Shown: one piece after another, positions 9,366 through 17,312 of the stretch
Position numbering within the stretch: position 1 is the stretch's first letter
How the letters are laid out: every line of letters begins with the position of its first letter
Sequence record: SRR22947727_857
Reading direction: 5' to 3' (one strand)
Length of the DNA: 37,183 nucleotides
Notes under the pieces: model-generated
The model's database searches: none
What the model was told of the DNA's origin: nothing
Seen by the model: the letters and a program-made list of their open reading frames with translations, nothing else
Program-made: the position numbers and the translations under genes

Positions 9366-10514
9366 TCAATATTTATGGAGCAAATCCGGTAAATCACTCA
9401 AATGTGTTGCTGCAATTTGGATCATATTTGAATTTAGATCATCCACCAACATATCGTATAAATGCGCTGGACCTTTTGCGCCAATGGCCCCAAGCGCATA
9501 GTGCCAAGCCCGACCCATCATGACGAAATCTGCGCCCAATGCGAGCGCCCGCAGCATGTCCAATCCCCCCTCAATGCCGCTGTCGAAAATGAGCGGTAGA
9601 TTGGTCGCCGCTTTGACGGCTGGCAGCATATCAATCGCTGCCGGGCTTCCGGCAAATTGCCGGCCTGCGTGGTTGGAGACCCAAACCGCATCCACGCCAA
9701 GCCCCTCCAAAGGCGCCGCGTCATCGGGGCACATCACGCCCTTGACAATTAAGGGCCCATCCCAAGCGTCGCGCAAGAGCTTCACATAGCTGTGATCGGG
9801 TGCGGTGCGCAGCAGATATCCGACGTGGTTGTTCGAGGGCAGGGAGGCCACGCTTTCCATGACCGCCTTGCCGTAGGTTTCAATCATTTTCATGCGTGGC
9901 TTGCCGTTGAGGGCTGTGCGCAGCGCCCATTCAGGACAGCCTGCCACCTGCGCCAAAATGCGGGGAGTGAGGCGGGGAGGCTGCACCAACCCGCCGCGTA
10001 TTTGCCGTTCGCGCCGCGATTGAGCTGGCACGTCGATGGTCACGACCAAAGTGGTAAAGCCCGCATTTTTCACCCGCTGGATCATATCATTGCGAATGGC
10101 CTCATCGCGCGGCGGGTACATCTGAAACCAACCCATATCGCCCAGATAGGGGGCCACGTCTTCGGGTGTTGTGGTCGCAACGGTTGACATGCCGTAGGGG
10201 ATTTTTGCGCCCGCAGCAAACCCAGCCAGCGTTTTTTCCGCGCCCGGCCACATCAAGCCTGACATGCCAACTGGCGCAATGCCGAAGGGGGCGGAATAGG
10301 ATTTGCCAAGAAATTCCGTCGCCAATTGCGGTTTGATTTCGCCGCGCAGCCCGCGCGGGACAAAATGAATCGCGTCCAAGGCGGAGCGATTGCGATGCAA
10401 TGTGCTTTCATCACCCGTGGCGCTGTCGAGATATTCCCAAGCAAAATGCGGAATTCTCTTGCGCGCTTTGGAGCGCAGGTCGGAAATGGCGGGGTATTTT
10501 GAGTTAAGATCCAT
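9366..10514 (-). CDS. lldD: FMN-dependent alpha-hydroxy-acid dehydrogenase (L-lactate dehydrogenase LldD-like)
   Basis: APVGMSGL, WFQMY, TIDVP, LIVKGV, VSNHAGRQ, DSGIEGG, GADFVMMGR; substrate is inferred. Confidence 0.8.
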   Translation of the reverse strand: MDLNSKYPAISDLRSKARKRIPHFAWEYLDSATGDESTLHRNRSALDAIHFVPRGLRGEIKPQLATEFLGKSYSAPFGIAPVGMSGLMWPGAEKTLAGFAAGAKIPYGMSTVATTTPEDVAPYLGDMGWFQMYPPRDEAIRNDMIQRVKNAGFTTLVVTIDVPAQSRRERQIRGGLVQPPRLTPRILAQVAGCPEWALRTALNGKPRMKMIETYGKAVMESVASLPSNNHVGYLLRTAPDHSYVKLLRDAWDGPLIVKGVMCPDDAAPLEGLGVDAVWVSNHAGRQFAGSPAAIDMLPAVKAATNLPLIFDSGIEGGLDMLRALALGADFVMMGRAWHYALGAIGAKGPAHLYDMLVDDLNSNMIQIAATHLSDLPDLLHKY

Positions 10515-10591
10515 ATGCAAGCGCTTACATCATTTAAATTGCGAGTTTAAGCCTTATTTTCGCTTTGCTTTGTATTTTTAAGAAAACATAA

Positions 10592-10606
10592 GAACACAAC
10601 GCGAAC
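10592..10606 (+). promoter_or_regulatory. alphaproteobacterial LexA (SOS) box GAAC-N7-GAAC
   Basis: GAAC ACAACGC GAAC about 40 bp upstream of the uvrD start. Confidence 0.75.
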
Positions 10607-10646
10607 AATTGTTTCACTTTGGCGCAAATGTCGCTAGATTACCTGC

Positions 10647-13040
10647 ATGAGCAGTTTTGATGAATCAGAGGCCTTTGAGGCCGCCGCCTCCCCCAGCTTG
10701 AGTCAAATGGCCATGGCTGCCCGTCCCACGCCCTATATGGATGGGCTCAATCCAGAGCAGCGCGCGGCGGTGGAGCAGCTCGGCGGACCTGTGTTGATGC
10801 TGGCGGGGGCAGGGACAGGTAAGACCAAAGCGCTCACCGCCCGCATCGCGCATTTGCTCAATACCGGCACGGCGCCCCCCCATGAAATTCTCGCGGTCAC
10901 CTTTACCAATAAGGCTGCGCGCGAGATGAAAGATCGGGTGAGTCATTTGATTGGTCAGGTGGAGGGCATGCCTTGGATGGGCACCTTTCACTCAATCTGT
11001 GTGAAAATCCTACGCCGTCATGCGGAATTGGCGGGGCTGAAAAGCAATTTCACCATTCTGGACAGCGACGATCAGCTGCGGTTGATGAAGCAATTGATCG
11101 CCGCGGCGCAGATTGACGACAAACGCTGGCCGGCACGGCAATTGGCGAGCATCATTGACGGCTGGAAAAACCGAGCTTGGACGCCGGGGCAAGTTCCAGC
11201 CTCTGAGGCGGGCGCTTATGATCACAAGGGCGTTGAGCTCTACGGTCAATATCAAAGACGTTTGCGCGAATTGAATGCTGCAGATTTTGGCGACTTGCTG
11301 TTGCATGTGGTGACAATTTTCCAAGAACACAGCGAAGTCTTGGCACAATACCAGAGGTTTTTTCGCTATATTTTGGTGGACGAATATCAAGACACCAATG
11401 TGGCGCAATATTTGTGGCTCAGGCTCTTGGCGCAGGGGCATCAGAATATTTGCTGCGTTGGCGATGATGATCAGTCGATTTACGGCTGGCGCGGTGCGGA
11501 AGTCGGGAATATTTTGCGGTTTGAGACCGATTTTCCCGGTGCGCATGTGGTGCGTCTGGAGCAGAACTACCGCTCCACGCCGCATATTCTGGCTGCGGCC
11601 AGCGCAGTGATTGATGGCAATAAAGGCCGTTTGGGCAAGACGCTTTGGACCGAAAAGGAAGAGGGCGAAAAGCTGCGGCTGATTGGCCATTGGGATGGCG
11701 AGGAAGAGGCGCGCTGGATTGGCGAGGAGATCGAGGCGGCGCAGCGCGGCACGCGGGGACAAGCGGCCTTTGATCTCGATCGTATGGCGATTTTGGTGCG
11801 CGCCTCCCATCAAATGCGCGCTTTTGAGGATCGCTTTTTGACCATCGGTCTGCCCTATCGTGTGATTGGCGGCCCCAGGTTTTACGAGCGGATGGAAATC
11901 CGAGATGCTATGGCCTATTTTCGTCTGGCGGTCAGCACCGACGATGATTTGGCCTTTGAACGCATCGTCAACACGCCCAAGCGTGGGCTGGGCGACAAGG
12001 CGCAGCAGAAAATCCAAACCGCTGCCCGCAGCAATGGCGTGTCTTTGGTGGAGGGCGCGCGGATATTGCTGGCGGCAAAAGATTTGGGCGGCAAAGGTGC
12101 CGTGGAATTGGCGCGCCTGATCGATGGCATTGACCGCTGGCACGCGCAAATTCGTCAGCAGGCCGATACTCATGTTGAGCTGGCGGAAATCATCCTCGAT
12201 GAAAGTGGCTACACCACCCATTGGCAAAATGACAAAACGCCTGAGGCGCCGGGGCGCTTGGAAAACCTCAAAGAGCTGGTCAAGGCTTTGGAAGGGTTTG
12301 AAAATCTGCAAGGGTTTTTGGAGCATGTCAGCCTGATCATGGACAATGAACAGCAATCGGATGGGGCAAAGGTCTCGATTATGACACTGCACGCGGCCAA
12401 GGGCCTCGAATTTCCGATGGTGTTTTTGCCCGGTTGGGAAGATGGTCTCTTTCCCTCGCAGCGTTCAATGGATGAAAGCGGTCTTAAGGGATTGGAGGAG
12501 GAGCGGCGACTGGCCTATGTGGGCATCACCCGCGCGGAAGAAATTTGCACGATTTCTTTTGCCGCAAATCGCCGGGTCTACGGGCAGTGGCAATCGGCTT
12601 TGCCAAGCCGGTTTATTGACGAGTTGCCGAGTGCGCATGTGGATGTGCTGACGCCGCCCGGGCTTTATGGTGGCAGTTTTGGAGCCGCCGGTATGGCCTC
12701 AAGCGCTAACCCTGCGGTGCAGGAGGCGGCAGGCAGCACGATATTTGAACGGGCCAGCAAGGCGGATGTGTATAGTTCCCCCGGCTGGCGGCGCTTGCAA
12801 GAGCGCAGCAGTCAACGCGGAATGCGCCAACCGGCACAAGCCAGCCATATGACCATCGATATGACAGCAGTTTCGGCCTTTTGTGTGGGCGACCGCGTGT
12901 TTCACCAAAAATTTGGCTATGGCGAAGTGCTGACCATTGAGGGCGATAAGCTGGACATTGAATTTGACAAGGCGGGCTCAAAGAAGGTTGTGGCACAATA
13001 TATCCAAAGTGCCGATACGGTTGGCGACGCGCCTTTTTAG
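10647..13040 (+). CDS. uvrD: ATP-dependent DNA helicase II (UvrD/PcrA)
   Basis: LAGAGTGKT, VDEYQDTN, VGDDDQSIYGWRGA, LEQNYRST, MTLHAAKGLEF, EEERRLAYVGITRA; C-terminal VGDRVFHQKFGYG Tudor-like domain. Confidence 0.96.
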   Translation: MSSFDESEAFEAAASPSLSQMAMAARPTPYMDGLNPEQRAAVEQLGGPVLMLAGAGTGKTKALTARIAHLLNTGTAPPHEILAVTFTNKAAREMKDRVSHLIGQVEGMPWMGTFHSICVKILRRHAELAGLKSNFTILDSDDQLRLMKQLIAAAQIDDKRWPARQLASIIDGWKNRAWTPGQVPASEAGAYDHKGVELYGQYQRRLRELNAADFGDLLLHVVTIFQEHSEVLAQYQRFFRYILVDEYQDTNVAQYLWLRLLAQGHQNICCVGDDDQSIYGWRGAEVGNILRFETDFPGAHVVRLEQNYRSTPHILAAASAVIDGNKGRLGKTLWTEKEEGEKLRLIGHWDGEEEARWIGEEIEAAQRGTRGQAAFDLDRMAILVRASHQMRAFEDRFLTIGLPYRVIGGPRFYERMEIRDAMAYFRLAVSTDDDLAFERIVNTPKRGLGDKAQQKIQTAARSNGVSLVEGARILLAAKDLGGKGAVELARLIDGIDRWHAQIRQQADTHVELAEIILDESGYTTHWQNDKTPEAPGRLENLKELVKALEGFENLQGFLEHVSLIMDNEQQSDGAKVSIMTLHAAKGLEFPMVFLPGWEDGLFPSQRSMDESGLKGLEEERRLAYVGITRAEEICTISFAANRRVYGQWQSALPSRFIDELPSAHVDVLTPPGLYGGSFGAAGMASSANPAVQEAAGSTIFERASKADVYSSPGWRRLQERSSQRGMRQPAQASHMTIDMTAVSAFCVGDRVFHQKFGYGEVLTIEGDKLDIEFDKAGSKKVVAQYIQSADTVGDAPF

Positions 13041-13124
13041 GACTTTGAGCGGTGGATTTTTCTTGAGTGGCGCGCTCGGATGCGCCACAAAACCTGCATA
13101 TTCATTTCATGAAGGCGCGCGGCA

Positions 13125-14417
13125 ATGATTCAAAATGAAGAGCCTGTAATTGCCAACTCCCTCTGGTCGGCCACTGCCAATCCTTCTGCGCCCTGTCCAG
13201 AGCTGCAGGCCGATGTCTCGGCGGATGTGGCGATTGTGGGGGCGGGGTTTACCGGCCTCTCGGCGGCGCTGCATCTGGCACAAATGGGCCGCTCGGTCGT
13301 GGTTTTGGAGGCGCAAACGCCGGGATGGGGCGCGTCAGGACGCAATGGCGGGCAGGTCAATCCGGGATTAATCGAGGCGCCAAATGACGCCATAGTGCGC
13401 TTTGGACCCGAGATGGGCCAGCGGATGATCCAGCTTTCTGGTCAGGCCGGGCAGCTGGTGTTTGATCTAATTGCCGAGCATCACATTCAATGCGATGCAC
13501 GCCCAGTGGGTTGGCTGCGCGCGGCTCATAATTCTACGGGTATGCAGTCCTTGGTGCACAAAGCGGAACAATGGGCCCAGCATGGGGCAGATCTCAAGCT
13601 ATTGTCGCGCGCAGATGTGGTGCAGGCCATTGGCACAAATGCCTATATTGGCGGCCTGATCGATCCACGCGGAGGCAATTTGCATCCTCTCAACTATGCT
13701 TTGGGCCTCTGTGATGCCGTCCGAGCTGCGGGCGTACGGATCTATGGGCAATCTCGGGTTGAGAAATTGGAGCGATGCGGCGCAGAGCATCTGCTGGTGA
13801 CCAAGCGGGGGCAGCTGCGCGCGGGACGGGTGCTTTTGTGCACCAATGGCTATAGCGGCCCTTTGCATAAGGGGTTGCAACAGTCCGTGGTGCCGATCCG
13901 CTCTGTGCAAGTGGCGACCGAACCGCTTTCACAAGAGCTGCGCGCCGGTCTCTTGCCGGGGCTTCATGCACCCTCTGACACCCGCCGGCTCCTGTCCTAT
14001 TTTCGCATGGACGCGGCGGGACGTTTTGTTATGGGCGCGCGGGGTGGCTATTCGGTTCCGGCCACGCGGGCCCGTCTCGCCCAAGCCCGCGCATGGTCCA
14101 TCAAGCTCTTTCCCCAATTGGCACAGGTGCGTTGGGCGTTTGAATGGGGCGGATACATTGCCGCCACCGCCGATCAATATCCGCATTTACATGATTTCGG
14201 AAACGGCATGGCCGCGGGGCTTGGCTATAACGGGCGCGGGGTGGCGATGGCCACTGCGATGGGTAAGGTTCTGGCCGATTGGGCCTCGGGCAGGCCGCAT
14301 GGGGAGCTGGATTTTCCGGTGACCCCTCTGCGGAAGATTCCTTTTCACCCGCTCTATCCCTTCGGGGTCGAGACCAAGGTGGCCTATTATCGGTTTTTGG
14401 ATGGGGTAGGGCTTTAG
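13125..14417 (+). CDS. FAD-dependent oxidoreductase, DAO/PuuB-like family
   Basis: IVGAGFTGLSAA dinucleotide fold, GASGRNGG, LHPLNY, GYNGRGVAMA. Confidence 0.88.
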   Translation: MIQNEEPVIANSLWSATANPSAPCPELQADVSADVAIVGAGFTGLSAALHLAQMGRSVVVLEAQTPGWGASGRNGGQVNPGLIEAPNDAIVRFGPEMGQRMIQLSGQAGQLVFDLIAEHHIQCDARPVGWLRAAHNSTGMQSLVHKAEQWAQHGADLKLLSRADVVQAIGTNAYIGGLIDPRGGNLHPLNYALGLCDAVRAAGVRIYGQSRVEKLERCGAEHLLVTKRGQLRAGRVLLCTNGYSGPLHKGLQQSVVPIRSVQVATEPLSQELRAGLLPGLHAPSDTRRLLSYFRMDAAGRFVMGARGGYSVPATRARLAQARAWSIKLFPQLAQVRWAFEWGGYIAATADQYPHLHDFGNGMAAGLGYNGRGVAMATAMGKVLADWASGRPHGELDFPVTPLRKIPFHPLYPFGVETKVAYYRFLDGVGL

Positions 14418-14435
14418 CAGTTTGACCGCTTGCCC

Positions 14436-15038
14436 TCAATTTAAAGCTGCAATCGGTGCGAGGGAGAGAAGCAAAAGACCTGCCATGGTCCAATTAAACC
14501 CGCGCAGCCGGGCTGGCGTTGTCAAAAGCCGCCGCATTTTCACCCCGAGCAACAGCCAGACGCTGATGCAGGGCAGGTTGATGATACCGAATATGATGGC
14601 AACCGTAATGACGTCCTTATGGGTCACAGGCTGCGGGGCATAGACCGTCACCGCGGCCAGGGCCATGGTCCAGGCTTTGGGGTTCACCCATTGAAACGCC
14701 GCGGCTTGCCAGAATGTAATGGGCTTGCCCGTGGGTTCAGGGCTGTCGAGGCTTGTGCTGGCCGTTGCCGTTTTATAGGCCAAATAAACAAGATAGATCA
14801 CCGAGATCCCGCCGAGCAGCTGATGGGCCAAAGGGTAGCTTTTGAAGAGCTGTGCCACCCCCAATCCGATGGCGATAATCATAAAGGTAAATCCCAAAAC
14901 AATCCCGGACGCATGGGGCAGAGCGCTCCGCGCGCCGAAATTGGCTCCAGTGGCCATAAGCATCAAGTTGTTGGGTCCGGGTGTGATCGAGGAGACAAAG
15001 CAAAAGAGCACGAGACCGGACAGCAGCGAATATGTCAT
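14436..15038 (-). CDS. LysE/RhtB family amino-acid exporter
   Basis: SITPGPNNLML and FQWVNPKAW signatures, several hydrophobic segments, 200 aa. Confidence 0.92.
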   Translation of the reverse strand: MTYSLLSGLVLFCFVSSITPGPNNLMLMATGANFGARSALPHASGIVLGFTFMIIAIGLGVAQLFKSYPLAHQLLGGISVIYLVYLAYKTATASTSLDSPEPTGKPITFWQAAAFQWVNPKAWTMALAAVTVYAPQPVTHKDVITVAIIFGIINLPCISVWLLLGVKMRRLLTTPARLRGFNWTMAGLLLLSLAPIAALN

Positions 15039-15098
15039 GGGCCCTTGGTGTCATCGCTGCGGGCAAAGTTCAATGACCCTTCTGGTCAAATTATGGGC

Positions 15099-15168
15099 AA
15101 AAAAAACGACGGCATCCGGGAGGAGGATGACGCCGCTTTTTGCAGGCTTTAGGGAGGAGAAAGCCTAT
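15099..15168 (-). ncRNA. CcsR/cuckoo-family sRNA (two CCUCCUCCC-type hairpins) in the DUF1127 3' UTR
   Basis: The - strand has AGGCUUU-CUCCUCCCU-AAAGCCU, then GCGGCGUCAUCCUCCUCCCGGAUGCCGUCG followed by U8; lies directly downstream of a DUF1127 gene. Confidence 0.82.
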
Positions 15169-15218
15169 TGCTCAGATCCAAGGCCTCAGGCGTTGGATCT
15201 GCAAAACTTAAGTCTGGC

Positions 15219-15434
15219 TTATTTGCCGAATGCGGCCTTGTGTGCGATGCCTCGGATCGCGGAGCGATGGATGCCCAGGTCGGCCAGTTCGCGACCCGTC
15301 AAGGATTGCAATTCGGAGATTGTTTTGCGGTACAGGGCACGTTTTGCCATTTGCTCACGCAAAACGGTCCAGCGCGCTGTGAGTGCAGCACTGAATGAAG
15401 GGGCGGTTACACTGAAATCTGTTACTGTTGTCAT
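15219..15434 (-). CDS. DUF1127 small protein (CcaF1-like, 71 aa)
   Basis: KRALYRKTISELQSLTGRELADLGIHRSAI DUF1127 signature; AGAGGA RBS. Confidence 0.9.
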   Translation of the reverse strand: MTTVTDFSVTAPSFSAALTARWTVLREQMAKRALYRKTISELQSLTGRELADLGIHRSAIRGIAHKAAFGK

Positions 15435-15515
15435 CGTTCTATCCTCTATATCAACCGGACTGTTGATGCGCTCTATGTGGCGCGCGGAGTGATATTTCGC
15501 AACGCATGTTTGGGA

Positions 15516-15540
15516 ATTGCCGCTATGCAGCATTTGCATG
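15516..15540 (-). promoter_or_regulatory. putative LysR-type activator site (copy 2 of ATTGCCGCTATG-N8-GCATG)
   Basis: Contains a perfect ATGC-N7-GCAT dyad; 13 nt upstream of TTGCGA (-35-like, 15497-15502 on -) of the DUF1127 gene. Confidence 0.5.
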
Positions 15541-15621
15541 GCTCCCTCCGCGCACCGGCCATGGGCTTGCATCAAGTGAGTTGCGGGGGCATAGCTGCGC
15601 AGAGATTTGAGGAGAGCTTGC

Positions 15622-16686
15622 ATGCCAATCGACCGTTCTGATATTTTGGCCGCTTTGGCCCGTCTGCAATTGCCGGATGGGGGAGACCTGGTGAGCCGTG
15701 ACTTCATTCGTGCCGTTGTGGTGGAGGGTGAGGCGGTGCGCTTCGTTATTGAAGCGCCAACGCCCGAGATTGCCCATAAGCTGGCCGACATTCGCGCCGC
15801 AGCAGAGCAAATTGTGATGCAACTTGACGGTGTGTCCAGCGTGACAGCCGTGGTGACCGCGCATGAGCAAAAAGCTGCGCCGCCGAATTTGAAGGTGGGT
15901 GGTCATCCTAAACCGCAAGATGGGCCGCTCAAAGTGCCAGGTGTGAACCGAGTTGTGGCGATTGCCTCGGGCAAGGGCGGGGTCGGCAAATCGACGGTGT
16001 CTTCCAATTTGGCAGTGGCGCTGGCCAAGCAAGGCCGACGGGTCGGGTTGCTTGATGCGGATATATATGGCCCGAGCCAGCCGCGTATGATGGGCGTGAG
16101 CAAACGCCCAGCCAGTCCCGATGGGAAGGTGATCATCCCGCTACAGGCCCATGGCGTTACGATGATGTCTATTGGTCTGATGGTTGATCCGAACAAGGCT
16201 GTGGTCTGGCGCGGCCCGATGTTGATGGGCGCATTGCAGCAGATGCTCAATCAGGTGCAATGGGGGGAGTTGGATGTCTTGATCATCGATTTGCCGCCCG
16301 GCACAGGCGATGTTCAGCTGACACTTTGCCAGAAAACAGAATTGACTGGCGCAATCGTGGTCTCGACCCCGCAGGATGTCGCGCTTTTGGATGCGCGCAA
16401 GGCTTTGGATATGTTTGCCACGCTGCACACGCCCATTTTGGGCATGATTGAGAACATGAGCCAATATATTTGCCCCAATTGCGGCCATGAAGCCCATATA
16501 TTCGGGCATGGGGGCGTGGAGCTGGAGGCGCAGAAGTTAGGTCTGCCGTTCTTGGGCTCTTTGCCTTTGGATTTGGGCGTGCGTCTGGCCGGCGACAGCG
16601 GCACCCCAGCTGCCGCGGGAGATGGGCCGATGGCCCAGGCATATGCGGAGCTGGCGCGCGGGTTGATTGCTTCGGACATCGCCTAA
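15622..16686 (+). CDS. mrp: Mrp/NBP35 (ApbC) Fe-S cluster carrier ATPase
   Basis: ASGKGGVGKST, DADIYGPS, WRGPM, DLPPGTGD, ENMS..CPNC; GAGGAG RBS. Confidence 0.95.
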   Translation: MPIDRSDILAALARLQLPDGGDLVSRDFIRAVVVEGEAVRFVIEAPTPEIAHKLADIRAAAEQIVMQLDGVSSVTAVVTAHEQKAAPPNLKVGGHPKPQDGPLKVPGVNRVVAIASGKGGVGKSTVSSNLAVALAKQGRRVGLLDADIYGPSQPRMMGVSKRPASPDGKVIIPLQAHGVTMMSIGLMVDPNKAVVWRGPMLMGALQQMLNQVQWGELDVLIIDLPPGTGDVQLTLCQKTELTGAIVVSTPQDVALLDARKALDMFATLHTPILGMIENMSQYICPNCGHEAHIFGHGGVELEAQKLGLPFLGSLPLDLGVRLAGDSGTPAAAGDGPMAQAYAELARGLIASDIA

Positions 16687-16916
16687 CGCGCTGGCAGGGC
16701 CGTCTGTGTGCAATGGTTTTGGGACATATCGCCCTATCGCTCCAGTTTGGGAAAACATGGAACGCATTTAATATCGTCAGAGTTCGCAGATAGCTGCTTG
16801 GTGATTCAGTGTTGAAATACTGGAGATTTACGCATTTTGGATCGCAAAATGACATGATTTCCCAGAATCTTCTCAAAAAAGCAAAAAAATTGGGAAATTA
16901 TGGCCCGTTGGGGGCT

Positions 16917-16964
16917 CCACTACATTTTGTGTTATCCTAAAAGGGCTCACGCTTTATGTGGTGT
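16917..16964. promoter_or_regulatory. tandem NrdR-like boxes
   Basis: CCACTACATTTTGTGT (16917-16932) and ACGCTTTATGTGGTGT (16949-16964) match acaCwAtATaTwGtgt at 13/16 and 12/16; 32 bp start-to-start. Confidence 0.45.
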
Positions 16965-17030
16965 AATTTTACTCAAAATATAGAATTTTCCCTTGGGATT
17001 AGGGTGAATTTTTGGACAATTGCAAAAATT

Positions 17031-17065
17031 TCCTATTGATTACCATGAATTCCCATGTAAATAAT
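17031..17065 (+). promoter_or_regulatory. putative dcw promoter overlapped by three MraZ-type boxes
   Basis: TCCTA/TACCA/TCCCA at 17031/17041/17051 (exact 10-bp period; TGGGA-like on -), overlapping TTGATT (-35) and TAAATAAT (-10 region). Confidence 0.6.
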
Positions 17066-17069
17066 TGTT

Positions 17070-17270
17070 CACGGAAGCGGTCAAAGATCAAAGCCCCAAC
17101 TCAAGAAGGGCAAAGGCGAGCGCAGGTTGCATACAGGCACCCATTTCCAAACGAAGAGATCCGGCGCGTTCGCGAGCAGACATCCCCCCAGGTGGCACGC
17201 GCAGCTGGACATCCCGTAGGGGAAACGTCGGCGGATTGAACAACAGCAGCAGTTCAATCCGCCGTTTTTA
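17070..17270 (+). ncRNA. UpsM-like sRNA / long structured 5' leader of the mraZ-dcw operon
   Basis: About 200 nt between the putative promoter and a strong intrinsic terminator about 45 nt before mraZ; same layout as UpsM in Rhodobacter sphaeroides. The 5' end is approximate. Confidence 0.7.
17229..17270 (+). terminator. intrinsic terminator/attenuator in the mraZ leader
   Basis: CGGCGGATTGAAC-N10-GTTCAATCCGCCG perfect 13-bp stem followed by TTTTT. Confidence 0.9.
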
Positions 17271-17312
17271 GTTTCGGGGCAGCGCCCCATTTAATGAGCG
17301 AGGCAGGCCCAA

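Noticed and set aside
11010..12392. 460-aa antisense ORF within uvrD
   Set aside because: Shadow frame of a conserved GC-rich gene; no recognisable motifs
13067..13088. GTGGCGC-N8-GCGCCAC hairpin after uvrD as a terminator
   Set aside because: No U-tract follows on either strand
15435..15791. 190-aa extended version of the DUF1127 ORF
   Set aside because: The extension overlaps mrp and the promoter region; the ATG at 15434 has an RBS and gives a typical 71-aa protein
17012..17271. 68-75 aa ORFs in the mraZ leader as leader peptides
   Set aside because: TTG starts without an RBS, beginning at or before the putative TSS; better explained as non-coding UpsM-like RNA
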